From Occultella glacieicola (GTDB lineage: Bacteria > Actinomycetota > Actinomycetes > Actinomycetales > Beutenbergiaceae), in assembly GCF_004353825.1 (NCBI RefSeq), contig NZ_SMNA01000001.1, positions 372,001 to 436,000 on the forward strand: a stretch of 64,000 nucleotides of DNA, written 5' to 3'. Both the position numbers and the translations under genes were made by a program. Shown piece after piece: positions 18,055 through 27,298 of this stretch (within the stretch, counting starts at the first letter, position 1; each line of letters opens with the position of its first letter). The notes below the pieces were generated by a model. It ran no database searches and was not told the DNA's origin. It saw only the letters and a program-made list of their open reading frames with translations.

Positions 18055-19613
18055 GCGGCGCTCCCGGGGTGGCGATGGTGCCCGACGGCGCGCCCTCCAG
18101 CGCCGCCGCGAACTCCGCCGCCGCGCAACTCGTCGTCTACGGCACGCCACTGGCCGCGGACCCGGCGGAACTGCGGGACCTGGCCGCCGCCGTCGACCGT
18201 GGTTCGGCGCAGGTGGAGCGCGGCCGGGCCCTGCTCCGGCGGGCTCTGGCGATCCTGCAGGAGACCGCCGTCCTGGACGCCGGCTCCGCCGGGCCGGCGA
18301 TCGCCCGGTGCTGGGAGGTGCTGCTCTCGATCAGTGCGGTCATCTCGGATGCGGACGCGATCGCGGCGGCGCTGCGCGCGGCGGCGACCGACTACGAGCG
18401 GGCCGAGGCGGAGGCGCGAGCGGGGTTCACCCGGGGTCTCACCGTGACGGCGCCGCCTGCCCTGGGACTGCCGTGGGACCCGATCGGTATGTTGCGGCCG
18501 CTGACGATGCTGGGCGTCGCGTTCGCCGGGGCGCTCGCGCGCGGGCAACTGACACCGACCGACGCCCAGTTCGGCGCCGCCCTTGAGTCATGGGCCGGAA
18601 CCCTGACCGGGATGTTGGGCGTGTCCTGGGTTGGCACGGAACGTCCCGACTCCTCGACTGTGGTGCTCGCCGGGCTGCTCGCTCCCGCGCTCACCGTCGG
18701 TCTGACCATCGGTGCCACGGCCCGCGTCCACCAGGTCGACCCACCGGGCGCGGTGCCCACCGGATCGCCCGCCACGTCCACGGGACCGGCGCCGACCGGG
18801 GTCGCCGGGGCTATCGGCAGCCTGTACGGGCTGTATCCCCGCCACGGCGGCCCGGAGGCCGCGATCCGGATCGACCGCGTCGTCGGGCCGGACGGAGCGG
18901 TGTCCTGGCAGGTCCTGGTGCCCGGCACCCAGACCGAACTGGTCCCCGAGCTGGCGCTGCCCGAGCCCGCGTTCGGGCCCCCGCATCCCGGCTGGGCAGT
19001 CTCGATGCCCGCGCCGGGGTTGGTCCTGCGGCAGCCGGACAACCCGATCAACAACCGCGGTAACCCGTTCGACTGGGGCACGAACCTCCAGGCCTTCGCC
19101 GCGATGGACACCGCCGTGGAGGACGGCGTGATCCAGGCCATGGAGCAGGCGGGCATCCCACCGGACGAGCCGGTGCTGCTCGTAGGCCACTCCCAAGGTG
19201 CGATGACGACGATGCGGCTCGCCGAGGACCCGGCGTTCACCGAGCGGTTCGAGGTCCGGTCCGTGATCACCGTCGGCGGGCCGGTGGGCCACATCGACAC
19301 CCCCGGCGACGTGGCGGTGCTCAACATCGAGCACGTCGATGACCTCACGTCGGGGTTGGAGAACACCGCCAACCCGGGCCAGTCCGGCCGGACCACGGTG
19401 ATCCGGGACCTGGCCGCCTCACCCGATCCGGCGGATCGAACGGTGACCTCGGTCGCGCAGGCGCACGACATCCCCGCCTACGTGCGCACCGCGCAGATGA
19501 TCGACGCCTCGACCGACCCGGCCGTGCGCGCCTGGCTCGCGGCCTCGCAGGACGTGCTCGGGGGGCCGTCGGACTCCGCGGCCTCGAGGTACTACCAGAT
19601 CGAGCGGGAGTGA
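18051..19613 (+). CDS. Alpha/beta hydrolase (lipase-like) with an N-terminal helical extension
   Basis: VLVPGT, LVGHSQG nucleophile elbow, EHVDD, AH near the C-terminus. Confidence 0.8.
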   Translation: MSGAPGVAMVPDGAPSSAAANSAAAQLVVYGTPLAADPAELRDLAAAVDRGSAQVERGRALLRRALAILQETAVLDAGSAGPAIARCWEVLLSISAVISDADAIAAALRAAATDYERAEAEARAGFTRGLTVTAPPALGLPWDPIGMLRPLTMLGVAFAGALARGQLTPTDAQFGAALESWAGTLTGMLGVSWVGTERPDSSTVVLAGLLAPALTVGLTIGATARVHQVDPPGAVPTGSPATSTGPAPTGVAGAIGSLYGLYPRHGGPEAAIRIDRVVGPDGAVSWQVLVPGTQTELVPELALPEPAFGPPHPGWAVSMPAPGLVLRQPDNPINNRGNPFDWGTNLQAFAAMDTAVEDGVIQAMEQAGIPPDEPVLLVGHSQGAMTTMRLAEDPAFTERFEVRSVITVGGPVGHIDTPGDVAVLNIEHVDDLTSGLENTANPGQSGRTTVIRDLAASPDPADRTVTSVAQAHDIPAYVRTAQMIDASTDPAVRAWLAASQDVLGGPSDSAASRYYQIERE

Positions 19614-19615
19614 CG

Positions 19616-20008
19616 TCAGCGGGTCTGCTTCTTCTTCCCGGAGGGGAGGATGACGCTCAGGATCACCGCGATGATCGAGATCACCAGGGCTGCCAGCACC
19701 GCCGACCAGAACCCGTCGACCGTGAGGCCGTAGTTCGTGAACGAGGTCAGCCACGTGGTGAGCATCAGCATCAGGGCGTTCACGACCAGGTGGAAGAGCC
19801 CGAGGGTCAGGATGTAGAACGGGATCGACAGGACCTGCACGATCGGTTTGACGACCGCGTTCACGAGGGTGAAGACCAACGCGACCACCGCCACCACGAT
19901 CAGGGTGCCGAGCGGCGTGCCGTCGGTGGCCAGTTCCAGCCCGGACAGCCACAACGAGGTCAGCCAGATGGCGATCCCGTTGATGATCACTCTGATGACG
20001 AAGCTCAT
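19616..20008 (-). CDS. 4-TM phage holin family (superfamily IV) membrane protein
   Basis: VNAVVKP, ILTLGLFHLVVNALML, VDGFWSA. Confidence 0.88.
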   Translation of the reverse strand: MSFVIRVIINGIAIWLTSLWLSGLELATDGTPLGTLIVVAVVALVFTLVNAVVKPIVQVLSIPFYILTLGLFHLVVNALMLMLTTWLTSFTNYGLTVDGFWSAVLAALVISIIAVILSVILPSGKKKQTR

Positions 20009-20109
20009 GCCTCGATCCTGCCATGCGCGCTCGCCGGATGGCAGGTGCGACGTGGCCCCGGCCGTGGGGGATGCGTGCATCCGTTCGCGCGCACGGGCAT
20101 GCTGGGCGA

Positions 20110-21252
20110 ATGGCATCGCGCATCCCCGGACCCCCCGCCTTCGACGCCCCGGCGCCGCCCCCGGAGGCACCGCCGGTGCGACTGCGCAAGGAACTCCTGG
20201 ACCTGCCCGCGCACGTGCCCGGGGCCGTCGGCGCCACGGCAGCCGTGTTCAAGCTCTCCGCCAACGAGCTGCCGTTCCCGCCGCTGCCCGCGGTGATCGC
20301 GGCCATCCACGACGCCGCCGAGGACGTGAACCGCTACCCCCAGGTGTACGGCGCCCGGCTGCTGCGGGCGATCGCGAGCCACCACGGCGTGGTCGAGGAC
20401 CAGGTGCTGATCGGCAACGGGGCGGTCGCGCTCGCCGAACTGCTGATCCGCTCGACGTGCGCACCCGGCGACGAGGTGGTGCACCCGTGGCGGTGCTTCG
20501 AGGCCTACCCGGCCGTGGCCCGGGCGAGTGGGGCGGTCGGCGTGCCGGTGCCCCTGAGTCCGGACGGCAGCCACGACCTGGCCGCGATGGCCGTCGCCGT
20601 CACCGACCGCACCCGGGTGATCGTGGTGGCCACGCCTGCGGACCCCACCGGGGCCTCCCTCACCCACACCGACCTGCTCGCCTTCCTCGAGGTGGTGCCG
20701 AGCGACGTCATGGTGATCCTGGACGAGTCCTACGTCCAGTTCGACCGCACCGCAGATGCGATCGACTCCCGCGCCTTGTTGCCCGTCCACAAGAACGTGG
20801 TGGTGCTGCGGACCTTCTCGAACGCCTACGGCCTGGCCGGCCTGCGGATCGGCTATGCCCTGGCTCGGCGACGACTGGTGCGGGTGCTGCGGCGGGTGTC
20901 CACCCCGTTCGGGGTCAGCGACCTCGGCCAGGTGGCGGCCATGGCTGCCCTCGGGCAGACGGCACTGGTCGAGTCCCGAGTGGCGGAACTGGTCGCCGAG
21001 CGGGACCGGGTCGTGGCGGCGCTGCGTAGCCAGGGCTGGGATGTCGGCGACCCCCAGGGCAACTTCTACTGGCTGCCGCTCGGCGAGCACAGCTCCCTGT
21101 TCGCCAAGGACGCCGTGCAGTCCGGCATCACCGTGCGCCCGTTCCCGGGCGAGGGGGTGCGGATCTCGATCGGCGAGCCCGAGGCGAACGACATCGCACT
21201 CGCCGTCGCGTCCCGGTGGGTGCACCGGCGCACGGGCAGGGGCGACGAGTAG
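20110..21252 (+). CDS. Pat/HisC-like class I/II aminotransferase homolog lacking the catalytic lysine
   Basis: KLSANE, NRYP, LRTFSNAYGLAGLRIGY (N where K is expected), VRPF, GVRISIG. Confidence 0.88.
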   Translation: MASRIPGPPAFDAPAPPPEAPPVRLRKELLDLPAHVPGAVGATAAVFKLSANELPFPPLPAVIAAIHDAAEDVNRYPQVYGARLLRAIASHHGVVEDQVLIGNGAVALAELLIRSTCAPGDEVVHPWRCFEAYPAVARASGAVGVPVPLSPDGSHDLAAMAVAVTDRTRVIVVATPADPTGASLTHTDLLAFLEVVPSDVMVILDESYVQFDRTADAIDSRALLPVHKNVVVLRTFSNAYGLAGLRIGYALARRRLVRVLRRVSTPFGVSDLGQVAAMAALGQTALVESRVAELVAERDRVVAALRSQGWDVGDPQGNFYWLPLGEHSSLFAKDAVQSGITVRPFPGEGVRISIGEPEANDIALAVASRWVHRRTGRGDE

Positions 21253-21363
21253 ACTTCGAGCACGCCCCGACCGGGCACCTCAGGTAGCTCTTCACCGACG
21301 CAGAGTTGGAGGTATCCAACAAAAACGACCCCGCGACGTGGTGGATCGTCCGAACCCACAAGT

Positions 21364-21392
21364 TACGGTCCCGTAGCCTACGCTGGCGTAGG
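21364..21392. promoter_or_regulatory. Tandem TACG-N4-CGTA palindromes upstream of the dehydrogenase operon
   Basis: TACGgtccCGTA at 21364-21375 and CCTACGCtgGCGTAGG at 21377-21392. Confidence 0.55.
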
Positions 21393-21442
21393 TTGCACGT
21401 CGCGAACCATTGATCCACACATCCACACGAATGGAGTTCGGT

Positions 21443-22594
21443 GTGATTCAGTCCGACATCCACGGGGAGACCCCCCACGTCGGCACACAGGATGACGACC
21501 TCATCCAGTTGCTCACCGTCACCGGCGAGCGCGTGCACCATCAGACGTATTCATCCCGAGTCGCCCACCTCGACACCGAGGCCCTCGAGGGCCTCTACCG
21601 CGACATGGTCCTGGTGCGCCGGTTCGACACCGAGGCCACCGCACTGCAGCGGCACGGCGAGCTCGGACTCTGGCCCCAGTGCCTCGGCCAGGAGGCCGCC
21701 CAGATCGGCTCCGGCCGGGCGCTCGCCGCCCAGGACCACGTGTTCCCCTCCTACCGGGAGCACGGTGTCGGCTGGACCCGCGGCCTGGACCTGCGCAAGG
21801 TCCTGCACCAGTTCCGTGGCGAGGACCACGGCGGCTGGGACCCGGCCGAGCACAACTTCTCCCTCTACACCCTGGTGATCGGCTCGCACGCCCTGCACGC
21901 GACCGGCTTCGCCATGGGCGTGCAGCGCGACGGTGACGTCGGCACCGGTGACCCCGACCGCGACCGCGCCGTGGTCGCCTACTTCGGTGACGGCGCCACC
22001 TCCCAGGGGGACGTGAACGAGGCGCTCGTCTTCGCGGCCGTCAACGACGCCCCGGTGGTCTTCTTCTGCCAGAACAACCACTGGGCGATCTCCGAGCCCA
22101 CCGAGCGGCAGAGCCGGGTCCCCCTGTTTCGCCGGGGCTCCGGGTTCGGCGTGCCGGCCGTGCGCGTGGACGGCAATGACGTGCTGGCCTGCTACGCCGT
22201 GACCCAGGAGGCCCTCGAGCGCGCCCGCAGCGGGGGTGGCCCCACGTTCATCGAGGCCGTCACCTACCGGATGGGGGCGCACACGACCTCCGACGATCCG
22301 ACCCGCTACCGCAGCCGGGCCGAGGAGGACTACTGGCGCACCCGCGACCCGATCGACCGGCTCCGACTGCACCTGGTCGCCGAGGGTACGGCGCCCGAGT
22401 TCTTCACCGCCCTGGACGCCGAGGCCGACGCCTACGGAGAACAGATCCGCGACTACTGCCGGTCCATCCCCAAGGCGGAATCGTCCCGGATGTTCGAGCA
22501 CGTCTACGCCGCCGAGCACACCCTCGTGGAGTCCGAGCGAGCCTGGTTCACCGAGTACGAGGCAGGCTTCGCCACGGAAGGAGCGCAGCGATGA
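21443..22594 (+). CDS. pdhA: 2-oxoacid (pyruvate/branched-chain) dehydrogenase E1 alpha
   Basis: GQEAAQ, TPP motif GDGATSQG..NN, HTTSDDP; start could be 21431. Confidence 0.93.
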   Translation: MIQSDIHGETPHVGTQDDDLIQLLTVTGERVHHQTYSSRVAHLDTEALEGLYRDMVLVRRFDTEATALQRHGELGLWPQCLGQEAAQIGSGRALAAQDHVFPSYREHGVGWTRGLDLRKVLHQFRGEDHGGWDPAEHNFSLYTLVIGSHALHATGFAMGVQRDGDVGTGDPDRDRAVVAYFGDGATSQGDVNEALVFAAVNDAPVVFFCQNNHWAISEPTERQSRVPLFRRGSGFGVPAVRVDGNDVLACYAVTQEALERARSGGGPTFIEAVTYRMGAHTTSDDPTRYRSRAEEDYWRTRDPIDRLRLHLVAEGTAPEFFTALDAEADAYGEQIRDYCRSIPKAESSRMFEHVYAAEHTLVESERAWFTEYEAGFATEGAQR

Positions 22595-23607
22595 GCGAGA
22601 ACACCGGCACCCAGCGGATCCCGATGGCGAAGGCCATCAACCTCGGGCTGCGCCGCTCCATGGAGCGGGACGACAAGGTCCTGCTCATGGGCGAGGACAT
22701 CGGTCGCCTCGGTGGGGTGTTCCGGGTGACCGATGGCCTGCAGAAGGACTTCGGCACCACCCGGGTGGTCGATACCCCGCTCGCCGAGTCCGGCATCATC
22801 GGCACCGCGATCGGCCTCGCACTCGCCGGCTACCGCCCGGTCTGCGAGATCCAGTTCGACGGCTTCATCTTCCCCGCCTACGACCAGATCACCACCCAGC
22901 TGGCCAAACTGCACTACCGCTCCCGCGGACGCGTCGAGCTGCCGGTCGTCATCCGGGTCCCGTACGGCGGCGGCATCGGGGCCGTGGAACACCACAGCGA
23001 GTCGCCCGAGGCGCTCTTCGCCCACACCGCGGGCCTGCGACTGGTCAGCCCGGCCAACCCGGCGGACGCGTTCACGATGATCCAGCAGGCCATCGCGTCC
23101 CCGGACCCGGTGCTCTTCCTCGAACCGAAGGCCCGGTACTGGGACAAGGCGGACGTGGACGTGACCGCGGCGGACCAGGTCCTCGACCTCGGCGGCGGGA
23201 ACGGACTGCACCGGGCCCGCGTGGTGCGCCCGGGCACCGACCTGACGATCGCCGCGTACGGGCCGACGGTCGCGACCGCGATGGCCGCGGCGACGGTGGC
23301 CGAGCAGGAGGGGCACAGCGTCGAGGTCATCGACCTGCGTTCGATCTCCCCGATCGACTTCGACACGATCGCGGACTCGGTGCGCCGCACCCACCGGTTG
23401 GTGGTGGCGCACGAGGCCCCCGTGTTCTTCGGGGCCGGCGCCGAGATCGCGGCCCGGATCACCGAGCAGTGCTTCTACTCCCTCGAGGCGCCGGTGCTGC
23501 GGGTGGGTGGATTCCACGCGCCGTACCCGGTGGCCAACATCGAGGAGGACTACCTGCCGAACCTGGACCGGGTCCTGCACGCCGTCGACGCCGTTCTGGC
23601 GCACTGA
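22591..23607 (+). CDS. pdhB: 2-oxoacid dehydrogenase E1 beta
   Basis: GEDIG..GGVFRVT, DTPLAESGI, EHHSESPE. Confidence 0.95.
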   Translation: MSENTGTQRIPMAKAINLGLRRSMERDDKVLLMGEDIGRLGGVFRVTDGLQKDFGTTRVVDTPLAESGIIGTAIGLALAGYRPVCEIQFDGFIFPAYDQITTQLAKLHYRSRGRVELPVVIRVPYGGGIGAVEHHSESPEALFAHTAGLRLVSPANPADAFTMIQQAIASPDPVLFLEPKARYWDKADVDVTAADQVLDLGGGNGLHRARVVRPGTDLTIAAYGPTVATAMAAATVAEQEGHSVEVIDLRSISPIDFDTIADSVRRTHRLVVAHEAPVFFGAGAEIAARITEQCFYSLEAPVLRVGGFHAPYPVANIEEDYLPNLDRVLHAVDAVLAH

Positions 23608-23639
23608 GCCGCGCGACCGCGCAGAACTGGAGTTCAGCC

Positions 23640-25106
23640 ATGCCGAAATACCTCGAGTTCCGTCTCCCGGACGTGGGGGAGGGCCTGACCGAGGCCGACA
23701 TCGTGGCCTGGAAGGTCGCCGTCGGCGACGTCGTGACGGTGAACCAGGCGCTCGTCGAGATCGAGACGGCCAAGTCGCTCGTGGAGCTGCCGAGCCCGCA
23801 CGCGGGCGTCGTCAGCAGGCTCCTGGTCGAGTCCGGCGCGACCGTCGAGGTGGGCACGCCGATCGTCGTGATCGACACAGATCCCGACGGCGAAGCGGAG
23901 CCCGACGGCGCCTCGCCCGCCGTCGCGAGTGGTTCCGGTGGGTCGGCCGACGGCGATGCCGTCGCCGACGACGAGACGAGCGGCGACGTACTGGTCGGGT
24001 ACGGCACGAAGCACGCGGCGGCGGCCCGCCGCCCCCGCCGGGCCGCCGAGCCGGCGGAGACGCCGACCTCCCAGGCCGCACCCTCCCCCCAGCCGGCACC
24101 CGCACCCGCGGCGCCCACCCCCGCGCCGCCGTCGGGCCCTGCGCCCGTGAGCCGCCCCACGGCCGGGGTGAGCGTGGACGCCGGAGCTGCTGCGCCGTCG
24201 TCGACCGTGCTCGCCAAGCCGCCGGTCCGCAAGCTCGCCAAGGATCTCGGGATCGACCTGAACCGGGTGCCGGGCACGGGCCCCGGCGGCATCATCACCC
24301 GTGGCGACGTGGAGGCCGCGGCCGAGCGGTCCGAACCCGAGCGCCAGGCCAGCTACCCCGCGGACGACCGGCCCTGGCTCGACGGCGGGGTGGTGTCCGC
24401 GGACGGGCGCCAGACCCGGGTGCCGGTGCGCAGTGTGCGGGCCCGGACCGCGGAGGCCATGGTCGCGTCCGCGTTCACGGCGCCGCACGTCACCGTCTTC
24501 CAGACCGTGGACGTGACGAAGACGATGAAGCTCGTGGCCCGCCTGAAGGAGGACCGCGACTTCGCCGACACCAGGGTCACGCCGCTGCTGATCGCGGCGA
24601 AGGCCCTGATCCTCGCGATCCGCAGGCACCCGACGATCAGTGCGGCGTGGGACGACGCGACCCAGGAGATCGTCTACAAGCACTACATCAACCTGGGGAT
24701 AGCCGCGTCCACGCCGCGCGGGCTGGTGGTGCCGAACATCAAGGACGCGCACCGGATGAACCTGCACGAGCTCGCGGTGGCCCTCGGGGACCTCACCGCT
24801 ACGGCCAGGGCCGGGAGGACCACGCCCGCGGCGATGAGCGACGGGACGGTCACCATCACCAACGTCGGGGTCTTCGGGATCGACACCGGCACCCCGATCC
24901 TGAACCCGGGGGAGTCGGCGATCCTGGCGTTCGGGGCCATCAGCGAGCGCCCGTGGGTGCACCACGGCAAGATCAAGCCGCGCTGGGTCACCCAGCTCGC
25001 CCTGTCGATGGACCACCGGCTCATCGACGGCGAGCTCGGGTCCCGGGTCCTGGCGGACACCGCGCGCACGCTGGCGGACCCGGCCCAGGGGCTGATCTGG
25101 GGCTGA
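23640..25106 (+). CDS. pdhC: Dihydrolipoamide acyltransferase E2
   Basis: Lipoyl domain LPDVGEG..ETAKS, AKPPVRKLA binding domain, DHRLIDG. Confidence 0.93.
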   Translation: MPKYLEFRLPDVGEGLTEADIVAWKVAVGDVVTVNQALVEIETAKSLVELPSPHAGVVSRLLVESGATVEVGTPIVVIDTDPDGEAEPDGASPAVASGSGGSADGDAVADDETSGDVLVGYGTKHAAAARRPRRAAEPAETPTSQAAPSPQPAPAPAAPTPAPPSGPAPVSRPTAGVSVDAGAAAPSSTVLAKPPVRKLAKDLGIDLNRVPGTGPGGIITRGDVEAAAERSEPERQASYPADDRPWLDGGVVSADGRQTRVPVRSVRARTAEAMVASAFTAPHVTVFQTVDVTKTMKLVARLKEDRDFADTRVTPLLIAAKALILAIRRHPTISAAWDDATQEIVYKHYINLGIAASTPRGLVVPNIKDAHRMNLHELAVALGDLTATARAGRTTPAAMSDGTVTITNVGVFGIDTGTPILNPGESAILAFGAISERPWVHHGKIKPRWVTQLALSMDHRLIDGELGSRVLADTARTLADPAQGLIWG

Positions 25107-25112
25107 GCCGGA

Positions 25113-25430
25113 TCGAGTCGCTGGTTCGCTCGTGGCAGCCAGTCAGCGACCTGGGCGTTGAAGTCCTCACGACTGGAGAACGAGCGCCCAGACAGGCACG
25201 AGGTCTCGAAGCAGCCTATATGTCGCTAGACCACGTTCTTGAACGCCGGATCACGCGCAGGCGCGAGCATCCCACCGTTGAGCGCGATCCGGTGGGCGAA
25301 CTCGCCCAAGGCGTACTGGCGTATCGCGGGTTCCGCGGTGCTCCAACGCTCCCTGCCGCGCCGCTGCCTGGACCATCGGGACCTCATCAGCCTGTACACC
25401 GCATGGCATCGTTTCAGGCCAGTCATCTAG
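25113..25430 (-). mobile_element. Degenerate IS21-family transposase (IstA) remnant
   Basis: Reading through TAG at 25226-25228 gives LAPARDPAFKNVV*RHIGCFETSCLSGRSFSSREDFNAQVADWLPRANQR, like the IstA PRDPESKGxVER..FETSF..GRSF..DFNAQ..WL..AN segment. Confidence 0.75.
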
Positions 25431-25468
25431 CGAACCGCTGGATGCGCGCCCGCATGTCCGGTGGTTGT

Positions 25469-25497
25469 GGGAGGGGCCGGGCGACCCGGCCCCTCCC
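25469..25497 (-). terminator. Hairpin terminator downstream of the secreted-protein gene
   Basis: GGGAGGGGCCGGG-cga-CCCGGCCCCTCCC, 13-bp stem. Confidence 0.65.
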
Positions 25498-25550
25498 CGA
25501 TCGGTGGTGGGAGTGACGTAGCGCTCTGGCGCCGCCAGCCAGCGGCCCTC

Positions 25551-26117
25551 CTAGCCCAGGGGCACTATGACCTCCTGGGGCTGTCCGCCGGGTACGTCTA
25601 GCGCGGGATCATATGTCGCTTCCAGAATCACCTCGACACCGGACCCCGCCATAGGGGCAACGGTGGCGCCGTTGCACAGGAGTGCCCGAGTGCGCCCAGC
25701 TCCCTCCATCAAGCCGGTTGACGGGTTGAAGCCCACAGGAAAGATGACCGAAGCGTAGCCGGCGCCCTGGTAGGTTCCGGCCTTGCAGATCAGCGCCGCG
25801 GTGTTGGCGTGGTAGTTCGTGTTCCAGCCGCTCGTCCAGACTGACGTGGCCGAGCGACCGTTGGTCAGATCCCTGAGCTGAGCCCTGATGCTGATCGACG
25901 GCACTGCAGCGGTGCAGTTGACCTTGACCGCGACATTGATCGTGCCGCCGACGTGGCTCGAGTTGTGCGGGTCGTTGACCGATAGGTGACACGTGATCAC
26001 TGCTCCTCCGGGACCGGTCGCAGCCTCCGCTGGCGCTGCTGACATGAACCCGATCGTCAAGGCCAAGAGTGCGCCGAGGACCGCCCCGACGCCTCGGCGT
26101 CGTACTCTTCCATGCAT
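25551..26117 (-). CDS. Secreted hypothetical protein with four cysteines
   Basis: GGGGAGA SD; signal peptide RVRRR..SAAPAEA; ITC, VNC, LIC, LLC. Confidence 0.7.
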   Translation of the reverse strand: MHGRVRRRGVGAVLGALLALTIGFMSAAPAEAATGPGGAVITCHLSVNDPHNSSHVGGTINVAVKVNCTAAVPSISIRAQLRDLTNGRSATSVWTSGWNTNYHANTAALICKAGTYQGAGYASVIFPVGFNPSTGLMEGAGRTRALLCNGATVAPMAGSGVEVILEATYDPALDVPGGQPQEVIVPLG

Positions 26118-26159
26118 TGAATCTCCCCATTCCTTCATTGATGCAGCGATCGTCTTCGA

Positions 26160-26447
26160 TCACGGAGGTTCGATCGGGATCGTCCCGGCGAGGTGGACAG
26201 GCAGTTCGCGGCTGTCGCTTCGCACGGCCAGCGACCATGCTTCTGCTCCTCGGCGCCCGGCCTCCGCTGCGACCCACGCCAATACCTCGCGCACATCGAC
26301 CGCGTTGATCAACTCGAATGCCCAAACGTCGTACCCAGAGTCGTAGACCGGATCACTTGGGGGCTGCTTTCGGTACAGCCCGACTATGTACCCCGCTGGC
26401 CCTTGATGTTCAGAGAGCGCGAGCGTTTCGATGGCTCGATGTTGCAT
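26160..26447 (-). CDS. Hypothetical protein, 95 aa
   Basis: Normal globular composition (DVREVLAW..HLAGT); purine-rich SD region upstream. Confidence 0.55.
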   Translation of the reverse strand: MQHRAIETLALSEHQGPAGYIVGLYRKQPPSDPVYDSGYDVWAFELINAVDVREVLAWVAAEAGRRGAEAWSLAVRSDSRELPVHLAGTIPIEPP

Positions 26448-26607
26448 CCCCTACCCCGTTTCCTCCCCCTCGTCGCAAACTAGCAGCGCGTACCGTCCCG
26501 TGCGCTGCCAATTGACTGACCCAAGGTGACCTATCGACACCGGCAATGCGGCTCATCCGAGCCGGCTCCAGGAAACGCATCGATTCCCGCTACGGGACGC
26601 CCACGTT

Positions 26608-27220
26608 TCAGGGCGCGGTCTCGGTCCACCAGGTGGCATCGGAGTGCCGCTCACAGGCGATCGTGCCCACCGGCCGCTCGCCGCGCACCGCCCTCGATGC
26701 ACATCGAAACCCGCTACCTCGAGCACCCGACGCAGTTCCTTCGCGAGCCATCGAGAGGCGCGCGGAACGGCGTGATTGAACGGTTCGATCGACGCACCGT
26801 CGAAGCAGCCCAGCTCGAAGCTGCTCGCGGGGCCGCAGGGTGCGTGCGAACTCGGCGATCGGCTGGTCGCAGCGCACGGCCCATGGTGGATCGTCGAGAA
26901 CCGTTAGAGGATGCCGTCGAGAGCGTCGTCGGGTTCGTCGATGTGGTCCATCCTTTGCCGGTCGAAGGGGATGCCGGGGTAGGCCGAGCGGGCGTGGCCG
27001 ATGAACGACGGCAGGAGTCGATGCCGCGCACGTTCAGCCCGAGTCCCGCCAGGTGGTTCGTCCAGTGCCCTGGGCCGCAGCCGGCGTCCAGCACTCTCCC
27101 GCTCATGCCCTCGGCCCACGAGTCGATCACCTGCCGATCCGAGGGGTGCACCGCCGACATCGAACCGAGGAGGGCCGTGTACTCATCGGCGCGCGCCGAG
27201 TAGGCAGTGGTCGCCGTCAC
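26608..27220 (-). pseudogene. Class I SAM-dependent methyltransferase pseudogene
   Basis: VLDAGCGPG; the continuation (PSFIGHAR..DGIL*RFSTIH / AEFARTLRP / PFNHAV) is spread over several frames, with an internal TAA at 26904-26906. Confidence 0.8.
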
Positions 27221-27298
27221 GGATCGAGGGTACCGATGGGCGAGCGACGCTGGTGGAACCCGCGACCGGACCGCTGGGCGAGGCCGCGCGCCGGGCGA

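Noticed and set aside
19616..20008. Holin as evidence of a prophage
   Set aside because: No integrase, terminase, capsid or endolysin nearby; this family is commonly chromosomal in actinobacteria
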